Shown here: piece by piece, positions 36,976-43,951 of the stretch
Layout of the letters: each line of letters begins with the position of its first letter
Numbering within the stretch: position 1 is the first letter of the stretch
DNA from: Bacteroidia bacterium
Lineage (GTDB): Bacteria > Bacteroidota > Bacteroidia > UKL13-3
Assembly (NCBI GenBank): GCA_049243005.1
Contig: JBMLOK010000424.1
Span: 9,689-53,639, forward strand
Direction: 5' to 3'
DNA: 43,951 bases
Program-made: the position numbers and the translations under genes
Notes under the pieces: generated by a model
What the model saw: the letters and a program-made list of their open reading frames with translations, nothing else
The model's database searches: none
What the model was told of the DNA's origin: nothing

Positions 36976-38679
36976 TTAATTATTTTTACTTAGTTCGTCT
37001 TTCACAAATTTCATTAATTCATGAATATATGCGGTGCTAAAGTTAAATTCAATTCCTGCAGTTTGATAGATTTCTCCAATTGTTTTTGAATAACCTAAAC
37101 TCAATGCTGCTTTATATTGCTCAATGGTTTTTTCTTTATCGTTCAGAAAGTTTTTCCAAACGGCCAATGCTCCTAATTGAGCAATTCCATACTCGATATA
37201 ATAAAATGGAACTTCAAACAAGTGTAATTGCTTCTGCCACGAAATGGTTCTGAAATGCTCAAATCCAGTCCAATCAACCATTCCTGTTCCAAATTCATCA
37301 CTTAGTTCAATCCAATATTTTTTACGTTCTGCCGCGGTATGTGTTGGGTTGGTATAAATCCAATGTTGGAATTTATCAATGATTGCAATCCAAGGTAGAA
37401 TTTTTATGATACCTTCTAAATGTTCTTCTTTTGCTCTTTTGAAATCTTCTTTATTTGGATAGAATACATCTTGTCCTTCATAACTCAATAATTCCATGCT
37501 CATACTTGCCAGTTCTGCAACTTCACTCGGACAGTTTTTAAAAGCAGCAAGTTCAAGGTCTTTACTTAAAAAAGAATGAACTGCATGTCCGCCTTCATGA
37601 ACCATTGTTTCTACATCTCTAGTGCTACTGGCAGCATTCATAAAAATAAATGGAACACTTGTTTCTGCCATTGGGTAATTGTAACCACCGGGAGCTTTCC
37701 CTTTTCTACTTTCCAAATCAAGCCTGTCCATATCATCCATGGTTTGAATGCACCAGGCAAAATAGTCGTCAACTTTTTTAAAGCAAGTAATCGTTTTCTC
37801 CAACAAATCAGCACCACTTGTAAATGGTTCTAAAGCAGGTCTGTTTTGTGTATCAACTTCAGTATCCCAAGGTTTTAATGAATGCCCTAATTCTTTAACT
37901 CTTTTTTCATTGAATTCTTTAACCAGAGGCATTACTTCTTTTTGAATTGCTTCATGAAAAGCAAAACAATCTTCCGGTTTATAATCAAAACGTCCTAATT
38001 CTGCGAATTTGTAATCTCTGTAGTTTTTAAAACCAGCGTTTACTGCAATTTGATGTCTTAATGCAATAAGTTTATCAAACAAATTATCTAATTCATCTGC
38101 ATGCGAAAATCTTTTTTCCTGAATAGTTTTGAACGCGTTTTCTCTAATAGTTCTATCAGGATTTTTTAGGTAGTTAGAAGCTTGTTGAAGTGTAAGTTCT
38201 TTTCCATCTAGTTCAATGGTCATACTTCCAACAATTGAACCATATTTTTGAGATTCAGTGGCAACTTCAGCCATTAAAGGAATGTTTTTATCACTAAAAA
38301 TTTCAATTTCCTTTTTAATGCTTCTTAAATAAACGAAGTATTTTTCTTCATTTAACTGATTTAAAAATTCGCTATTGATTAGCTTTTTATTCAATGAATC
38401 ACTATAAGGTGCTGTTTTAGGTTCAATTTCATTGACAAAGAATAAATAAGCTTCTTCCAATTCTTTAGCTGTGGTGTCACAAGTCATTTTAACATATCTC
38501 CAGGCTAAATTTTCGCTTAAAAAAGCATCTAGTTCACTGCGGTCCTTCAACCAATCTTCCAGCTCTTTAACAGATTTTATTTCTCTGTTTTGAAGACTTT
38601 CAAAATAAGGTTGAATGACATCCCAAGAAGTCACTTTAATTTTATCGGGTAAAAAACGTCTTTTTATTATTGTAATCAT
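36976..38679 (-). CDS. M3 family oligoendopeptidase (PepF-like)
   Basis: 567 aa with zinc motif VHEGGHAVH (HExxH) and a downstream Glu (EVAELASM). Family-typical length. Confidence 0.9.
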   Translation of the reverse strand: MITIIKRRFLPDKIKVTSWDVIQPYFESLQNREIKSVKELEDWLKDRSELDAFLSENLAWRYVKMTCDTTAKELEEAYLFFVNEIEPKTAPYSDSLNKKLINSEFLNQLNEEKYFVYLRSIKKEIEIFSDKNIPLMAEVATESQKYGSIVGSMTIELDGKELTLQQASNYLKNPDRTIRENAFKTIQEKRFSHADELDNLFDKLIALRHQIAVNAGFKNYRDYKFAELGRFDYKPEDCFAFHEAIQKEVMPLVKEFNEKRVKELGHSLKPWDTEVDTQNRPALEPFTSGADLLEKTITCFKKVDDYFAWCIQTMDDMDRLDLESRKGKAPGGYNYPMAETSVPFIFMNAASSTRDVETMVHEGGHAVHSFLSKDLELAAFKNCPSEVAELASMSMELLSYEGQDVFYPNKEDFKRAKEEHLEGIIKILPWIAIIDKFQHWIYTNPTHTAAERKKYWIELSDEFGTGMVDWTGFEHFRTISWQKQLHLFEVPFYYIEYGIAQLGALAVWKNFLNDKEKTIEQYKAALSLGYSKTIGEIYQTAGIEFNFSTAYIHELMKFVKDELSKNN

Positions 38680-38785
38680 ACTTTTAGAATTAAACTCAAA
38701 TGTATATTCTTCTTTTAGAATCTTAATCTTTTTTGCTTAAGATTTTTGTCAATCTTTCTATTGTAAATTTATATTTTATTGAGAT

Positions 38786-38875
38786 ATGTCATTTTTTTCT
38801 TTGCTCAGTCGATTCACTTTTGGGAACCAAATAAAACCAACCCAAATCATCTCATTTTTAAAATGGGATGATTAA
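38786..38875 (+). CDS. candidate 29-aa upstream ORF with a single Trp (possible tnaA leader)
   Basis: My own translation is MSFFSLLSRFTFGNQIKPTQIISFLKWDD. The stop at 38873-38875 lies 11 nt before the tnaA ATG. There is no independent support. Confidence 0.2.
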   Translation: MSFFSLLSRFTFGNQIKPTQIISFLKWDD

Positions 38876-38886
38876 AGAACCAAAAA

Positions 38887-40293
38887 ATGAGAACAATTAT
38901 AGAACCATTTAGAATTAAATCGGTGGAGCCTATTAAAATGACTACCCGAGAAGAAAGATTAGTGTACCTCGAAAATGCGCATTACAATTTATTTTCTTTG
39001 GATTCTGAAAATGTCTTGATTGATTTATTAACCGATAGTGGCACCAGCAGTATGAGTGCAAACCAATGGGCTGCTATTATGAAAGGTGATGAATCTTATG
39101 CCGGTAGTCCTTCATTTCATCGTTTTGAAAAAGCGGTTCAACATTTAATGCCGTTTAGCCATATTATTCCAACTCATCAGGGAAGAGCAGCTGAGAAAAT
39201 TTTGTTTTCAGCAATTGGTGGTCCGGGGAAATATATTTTAAACAATACTCATTTTGATACTACCCGCGCCAATATTGAATTTTCGGGTGCAGTTGGTGTA
39301 GATTTAGTAATTGAAGAAGGAAAGAATCCGCAGAGCGAACATCCATTTAAAGGGAATATGGATATTGAAAAATTGGAGGCATTTATTAAGGAGAAAGGTG
39401 CTGAAAATATTCCTTTATGCATGATTACTATTACCAACAATTCGGGTGGTGGTCAGCCGGTTTCAATGGACAATATCAAACAAACCAAATACATCTGCAT
39501 GAAGTATGGTATTCCTTTGTTTATTGATGCTTGTCGTTTTGCCGAAAATGCTTATTTCATTAAAATGCGTGAGCCCGGTTTCGAAAATCATAGCATTGAA
39601 TCAATTGTTCAGGAAATATTTTCTTATGCTGATGGCTGCACAATGAGTGCTAAAAAAGATGCATTGGTTAATATTGGAGGTTGGCTTGCAATGAATAATG
39701 ATGATTGGGCACTCACATGCAGAAATTTATTAATTCTAACTGAAGGTTTTCCTACTTATGGCGGCTTAGCAGGAAGAGATTTAGATGCAATTGCCACCGG
39801 TTTAGAGGAAGTTGTTCATGAAGATTATTTACATTACAGAATTATTTCTACCCAATATCTTGGCGATCACTTAACTAAAGCAGGCATTCCTATTATGCTC
39901 CCTGTTGGTGGTCATGCTGTTTATATTGATGCAAGAGCCATGTTGCCTCATATTCAACCATTGCATTATCCTGGTCAATCTTTAGCTTGTGAAATGTATT
40001 TACATGCAGGTATCAGAGCTTGTGAAATTGGAACCGTAATGTTTGGATTACAAGCAGATGGTGTTACTGAACTTCCTGCTTCCATGGATTTGGTTAGATT
40101 AGCAATCCCAAGAAGAGTTTATACCCAATCTCATATTGATTATGTAATTGAAGCTTTGATTGAAATCAATGAAAATAAGAATTCTTTAAAGGGAATGAAA
40201 ATTAACTGGCAGCCAAAACAATTACGCCATTTTAGCGCCAGATTTAGTCATATCGACTCTGATGAGATTAGAAAAAAGACAATTATTGATTAA
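38887..40293 (+). CDS. tnaA: tryptophanase (PLP-dependent beta-eliminating lyase)
   Basis: 468 aa, colinear with the TnaA/TPL family (EPFRIKSVEP, IDLLTDSGT, PTHQGRAAE, SAKKD with the PLP lysine). HFDTTR and LRHFSA carry Asp and His where, as I recall, E. coli TnaA has Asp137/His463 and tyrosine phenol-lyase has Thr/Phe. Confidence 0.8.
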   Translation: MRTIIEPFRIKSVEPIKMTTREERLVYLENAHYNLFSLDSENVLIDLLTDSGTSSMSANQWAAIMKGDESYAGSPSFHRFEKAVQHLMPFSHIIPTHQGRAAEKILFSAIGGPGKYILNNTHFDTTRANIEFSGAVGVDLVIEEGKNPQSEHPFKGNMDIEKLEAFIKEKGAENIPLCMITITNNSGGGQPVSMDNIKQTKYICMKYGIPLFIDACRFAENAYFIKMREPGFENHSIESIVQEIFSYADGCTMSAKKDALVNIGGWLAMNNDDWALTCRNLLILTEGFPTYGGLAGRDLDAIATGLEEVVHEDYLHYRIISTQYLGDHLTKAGIPIMLPVGGHAVYIDARAMLPHIQPLHYPGQSLACEMYLHAGIRACEIGTVMFGLQADGVTELPASMDLVRLAIPRRVYTQSHIDYVIEALIEINENKNSLKGMKINWQPKQLRHFSARFSHIDSDEIRKKTIID

Positions 40294-40314
40294 TAATTGG
40301 GCTTAATTTTTAAA

Positions 40315-40343
40315 AGCTGGTTCAATTTGAATCAGCTTTTTTT
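40315..40343 (+). terminator. rho-independent terminator after tnaA
   Basis: AGCTGGTTCAA (40315-40325) pairs with TTGAATCAGCT (40327-40337) with one G-U pair, followed by T6. Confidence 0.6.
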
Positions 40344-40545
40344 GATTTTAAGCCGATATTGTAAATAATTAAGCAAAAATTATCGTATTTTATGGATTGT
40401 TTAAATAATTATTCTTAAGCAAATTGCAATCCCTTAGAATCGTAGCCCTCTTCTATTATTGTCTTTTTAGATAGTTTAAGCCAAGTTATTTCTATTGACC
40501 TCAATTTTTTTTGATTAAATAGGAATAACTTTTTCTATTTTTAGC

Positions 40546-41169
40546 TTAAGGTAACAATCCATTTTCATAAGCAAAACTTACTAATTGAACCCTATTTTTT
40601 AAATCCAGTTTAATTAATAAATTTCTGATATAGGTTTCAATAGATCTTGGAGAAAAGTTTAATACTTCTGCAATCTCTTCAGTTTGACTCCCTTTTGCTA
40701 ATAATTTGATGATTTGTAAGTCCCTGTCACTAAATATGAGTTTTGGATAATCAAATTTTGTATTTTCCTGAATCTCAGTTCTGAAAATTTTGTCGAAGGC
40801 CAATTCACCACTAAGACAAATGTTTATTGCCGGTAATAAACAAACTTTAATTTTAGATGAAAATCCGGTGGCTCCGAGTTTAAATAGTTGCTCCGATAAA
40901 TTATCTGAATTAAATGAACTGATCATTAAAACTTTTTGATTGGGATCCATTTGTTTGATAGCTGCTAATGTTTCGAAGCCATCCATAACCGGCATGAACA
41001 AATCCAACAATATTAAATCGAAATTTTTTCTTTGCAGTACATTTAAAGCTAGTTTCCCATTTGTAGCCCTCGAATTAAGGTCTAAATCCGGGCTTGATTT
41101 TAAAGCCGATTCTATATAATAAGCTTCTGTTGGGGTATCTTCAACTAATAGGATTTTATTCTGTTTCAC
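40546..41169 (-). CDS. NarL/FixJ-type response regulator (REC + LuxR HTH)
   Basis: 207 aa: ILLVEDTP, DLILLDLFMPVMDGFE, and the C-terminal LuxR-type HTH EEIAEVLNFSPRSIETYIRNLLIKLDLKNRVQL. Confidence 0.85.
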   Translation of the reverse strand: MKQNKILLVEDTPTEAYYIESALKSSPDLDLNSRATNGKLALNVLQRKNFDLILLDLFMPVMDGFETLAAIKQMDPNQKVLMISSFNSDNLSEQLFKLGATGFSSKIKVCLLPAINICLSGELAFDKIFRTEIQENTKFDYPKLIFSDRDLQIIKLLAKGSQTEEIAEVLNFSPRSIETYIRNLLIKLDLKNRVQLVSFAYENGLLP

Positions 41170-41267
41170 TTCGCAAACTTAAACGGAATAAGCTAGATTT
41201 TGTTTTGATTAAAATTAGCTTTTTGTCTGATTTTTCTTAAAAATTTAGTTTTTGAAAAAATAGGAGC

Positions 41268-41301
41268 ATAAAAAAAACACATAAACAAATTGCCTATGTG
41301 T
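41268..41301 (-). terminator. candidate rho-independent terminator after the DUF5606-like gene
   Basis: ACACATA (41277-41283) pairs with TATGTGT (41295-41301) around an 11-nt loop. The A7 run on the + strand gives a U-run on the minus transcript. Confidence 0.45.
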
Positions 41302-41323
41302 TTTTGTATTTGGGGAATTAAAT

Positions 41324-41854
41324 TTATTCTGAATCTTTTGCTTTTTTAGCTGCTGTCTTTTTAGCTGCAGTTTTTTTAGCAGGAGTTTTCTTAGGTTTTT
41401 CTTCAATAACTTCTTCAGCTGCAATTTCTTTTACTTCTTCTTTAACTTCTTCAACTACAGCAGCTTCTTCGTCTTTTTTACCTAAAGTGTTAAAATCTAA
41501 AACCGATTTTAAAGCATGAAACCAATTCATTAATTTTTTGATATCACTATCATAAACTCTTTCGCTGTCTAATTGAATACATTCAATTAAAAAAGTTCTG
41601 ATTTTTTTAATGTCTTCTTTTGCTTCAGGTAAATTATTTGAATTGTTTAATTTGATAAACACATCTGATAAATGCATATCTCCTTCTAAAGTATAAATGG
41701 AAATATCTTCTAAAACAGAAACTTTATCGTGAAAACCTGTCGCAAATTTTCTACCTGTACCTATTGTCTCAACAATTAAACCATTCTTGCTTCTGCCTGT
41801 AACATGGTGTAAACCACTCATACCAGAAATTGCTACAACGTCTTTTAATTCCAT
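41324..41854 (-). CDS. DUF5606-like protein with acidic then Lys/Ala-rich C-terminal tail
   Basis: 176 aa. The N-terminal MELKDVVAISGMSGLHHV...RKFATGFHDKVSVLEDISIYT matches my memory of the Bacteroidota DUF5606 family. The tail is KPKKTPAKKTAAKKTAAKKAK. Confidence 0.65.
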   Translation of the reverse strand: MELKDVVAISGMSGLHHVTGRSKNGLIVETIGTGRKFATGFHDKVSVLEDISIYTLEGDMHLSDVFIKLNNSNNLPEAKEDIKKIRTFLIECIQLDSERVYDSDIKKLMNWFHALKSVLDFNTLGKKDEEAAVVEEVKEEVKEIAAEEVIEEKPKKTPAKKTAAKKTAAKKAKDSE

Positions 41855-42051
41855 CTTTTAATTTTTTAAGGAGGGCAAATGTAGAAAAAAAATGTAAGAC
41901 TCGTTTATAATCCTTTGTTCATTGAAAAAATGTTTTTTTTTCTTTAAAATCAGCTGTTTGTAAATTTTGAATAGATACAGTTGTATTTAATAATTAAAAA
42001 ATCGTTGAAAAAGAGTCACAATTCAATCCAAATAATATTTTTGCAGCCGTT

Positions 42052-42804
42052 TTGAAAAAAATAATCATTTTCTGCTTTTACCTGATTTCAATTTTTGATT
42101 TGAATGCTCAGCAAGTTATCAATATTGAAACCAAACGTTATGATACACGTGATTCCTCATGGCATGGAGATATTGAGTTCAATTTTAATTATATTCAAAA
42201 CAGAAATACCGTTGTTAATTTTGGGAATAAACTCAATTTTATTCTCAAAAGAGATGTTAATACTTACTTATTACTTTCTGAGTTTAATTTCCTTCAATCA
42301 AATAGTAAAAACCTCGATTATGCCAGCTATCAGCATTTCAGATTTAAGCGAGAATTAAAGCCTTGGTTAAGCGGAGAGGCGTTTGCCCAAACACAATTTA
42401 ATCAGCAAATTGGATTAAACTTTAGAGGTTTATTGGGAGCCGGACCAAGATTTCGTTTGTTTTTTGAAGATAGTATGAAAATGTTTTTGGGCCCAATGTG
42501 GATGTACGAATATGAAAGCACTACCGATACAGAGGCCAAAAATGTACACAATCGCTTGAGCTTGTATCTATCATTTTTATACTTTAAAACCAGGAATTTC
42601 AATTTTGATTTAGTAGCTTATTACCAGCCGGATTTGATTGATTTCTCGAATTTTAGATTCTCATCAGAAGCTAAAGTAGAAATGCATTTTACAAACCATC
42701 TGAGTTTTCGATTTAGTATAAGTCAGAATTATAATTCCATTCCTCCTCCAAATATTCCAAAGAATATAGCAAATGTCAGGAACGCTTTTGTCTACAAATT
42801 TTAG
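42052..42804 (+). CDS. outer-membrane beta-barrel protein (DUF481-like)
   Basis: 250 aa with a TTG start and signal peptide KKIIIFCFYLISIFDLNA|Q. It shows alternating amphipathic strands with aromatic girdle residues and a C-terminal ...FVYKF (terminal Phe). Confidence 0.55.
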   Translation: MKKIIIFCFYLISIFDLNAQQVINIETKRYDTRDSSWHGDIEFNFNYIQNRNTVVNFGNKLNFILKRDVNTYLLLSEFNFLQSNSKNLDYASYQHFRFKRELKPWLSGEAFAQTQFNQQIGLNFRGLLGAGPRFRLFFEDSMKMFLGPMWMYEYESTTDTEAKNVHNRLSLYLSFLYFKTRNFNFDLVAYYQPDLIDFSNFRFSSEAKVEMHFTNHLSFRFSISQNYNSIPPPNIPKNIANVRNAFVYKF

Positions 42805-42992
42805 TTATCTTTTTTTATAGTGACCATTTTCTCTTCATTCCTCAAATAATCAGGCTAATCCAGCTGTTATTTTAGGATTTTGATTTTCAATTTTTGCTTG
42901 ATTTTCAAATCTTTTCAAAAGCTTCATTCAAACCCGTTTTAAAGAGTTGTTTAATCAGTCTTAAAGCCTATTTTTGCCCAAAATCTTGTATT

Positions 42993-43951
42993 ATGGAGAG
43001 CATTGAAAAATATACACCTAAGCACAAAATCAGAGTAGTAACGGCGGCAAGTCTTTTCGATGGCCACGATGCTGCTATCAATATCATGAGAAGAATTATT
43101 CAGGCCAGTGGTGCTGAAGTAATTCATCTTGGACATGATAGAAGTGCAGAGGAAGTTGTGAATACAGCAATTCAGGAAGATGCCAATGCGATTGCCATGA
43201 CAAGTTACCAGGGCGGACACGTAGAGTATTTTAAATACATGTACGATTTGCTCAAAGAAAGAGGTTGTGAACATATTCGCATTTTTGGTGGTGGCGGCGG
43301 AACCATTTTGCCTGAAGAAATTGCTGAATTACATGCTTATGGTATTACCCGTTTATACCATCCTGATGATGGCAGAAGCATGGGTTTACAAGGTATGATT
43401 AATGACATGCTCGAAAAGTGTGATTTTCCAACCGGTCAAAATTTAAATGGTGAAGCAACGCATTTAAAAGATAAAGACTGGAAATCTATAGCAAGACTCA
43501 TATCCGCTGCAGAAAACAATCCTGAAGTTTTTGCCAATATGCATAAAACCATTCTTGATTCTGCTGCAGTTTCGCATGTTCCGGTACTTGGAATTACAGG
43601 TACAGGTGGTGCAGGAAAATCTTCTTTGGTTGATGAATTGGTACGTAGATTTTTGTTCGATTTTAAAAATAAAACTATCGGTATTATTTCGGTAGATCCA
43701 AGTAAAAGAAAAACAGGTGGTGCATTGTTGGGTGATAGAATTCGTATGAACTCTATCAAAAACAACAGGGTTTATATGCGCTCACTGGCAACACGTCAGA
43801 GTAATCTGGCTTTGTCGAAACACGTGAAAGAAGCAGTTGATATCATGAAAGCTGCAGCATTCGATTTAATTATTCTTGAAACTTCAGGTATTGGTCAAAG
43901 TGATACAGAAATCATGGACCATTCAGATGTGGCATTGTATGTAATGACTCC
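42993..43951 (+). CDS. icmF: fused isobutyryl-CoA mutase (IcmF-type), N-terminal part; continues beyond the window
   Basis: Absent from the ORF track because there is no stop before the window end. My own translation from the ATG at 42993 is [49 protein letters not shown]..., a cobalamin-binding DGHD signature. It continues with a MeaB-like G domain ([48 protein letters not shown]). Confidence 0.8.
   Translation, partial: MESIEKYTPKHKIRVVTAASLFDGHDAAINIMRRIIQASGAEVIHLGHDRSAEEVVNTAIQEDANAIAMTSYQGGHVEYFKYMYDLLKERGCEHIRIFGGGGGTILPEEIAELHAYGITRLYHPDDGRSMGLQGMINDMLEKCDFPTGQNLNGEATHLKDKDWKSIARLISAAENNPEVFANMHKTILDSAAVSHVPVLGITGTGGAGKSSLVDELVRRFLFDFKNKTIGIISVDPSKRKTGGALLGDRIRMNSIKNNRVYMRSLATRQSNLALSKHVKEAVDIMKAAAFDLIILETSGIGQSDTEIMDHSDVALYVMT

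Noticed and set aside
40415-40504. TTG-initiated 29-codon minus-strand ORF (RSIEITWLKLSKKTIIEEGYDSKGLQFA) in the spacer downstream of the NarL-type regulator.
   Set aside because: It has a non-ATG start, no recognisable features and is very short. It cannot be separated from chance without comparative data. The region is reported instead as a motif-array observation.
34416-42602. Short track ORFs 34416-34634, 35369-35557, 37576-37833, 39249-39440, 42104-42358 and 42402-42602.
   Set aside because: They are nested in bcp/M23, M23, M3 peptidase, tnaA or the DUF481-like gene in alternative frames or strands, and are judged spurious.
42951-43765. Track ORFs 42951-43274 (-) and 43436-43765 (-).
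   Set aside because: They lie antisense to an uninterrupted plus-strand frame that encodes clear B12-binding and MeaB-like GTPase motifs (icmF). Neither has a recognisable motif.
1-43951. Search for mobile elements, CRISPR arrays, tRNA/rRNA genes, toxin-antitoxin pairs or known defence-system signatures (nucleases, helicases, STAND/AAA ATPases other than the EBP).
   Set aside because: None found by eye. There are no integrase, transposase or recombinase-like ORFs, no short regularly spaced repeats, and no tRNA-like T-arm sequences outside coding frames. The window looks like core chromosome plus an EPS/surface-protein region rather than a defence island.

Overview
AT-rich chromosomal segment that looks like Bacteroidota: there are no Shine-Dalgarno motifs before starts, and LruC-domain, DUF5606 and DUF481-like families are present. 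No tRNA, rRNA, CRISPR, transposase, integrase or recognisable defence genes were seen. The flanks are housekeeping genes: lysS, a Nif3/zinc-ribbon pair, DedA, bcp, M23 and M3 peptidases, an FAH-family hydrolase, tryptophanase, and a 5' partial icmF that the ORF track misses. The centre (about 10.97-28.3 kb) is an exopolysaccharide locus with several unusual properties. (1) It opens with a sigma-54 enhancer-binding response regulator, a CheY-like protein and a priming sugar-phosphate transferase fused to a divergent receiver-like domain, with no histidine kinase anywhere in the window. (2) The export pair is a 250-aa single-repeat (half-size) TolC-like outer-membrane protein coupled to a PCP/GumC-like protein whose kinase domain looks degenerate. 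No Wza-type gene is present. (3) Wzx and Wzy genes coexist with three membrane-embedded synthase-like GT2 enzymes, two of them tandem QxxRW paralogs. Directly downstream lies a 1,814-aa secreted beta-helix-like protein. It contains a 1,989-bp in-frame tandem duplication with a 1,647-bp base-perfect core and diverged edges, and ends in a dockerin-like module. Smaller observations are a 39-aa lipoprotein-like ORF coupled to a GT2 gene, a 29-aa Trp-containing uORF 11 nt before tnaA, and a TTAAGC motif array in a gene-free convergent spacer. All calls come from reading the translations and sequence by eye. No database search was run.
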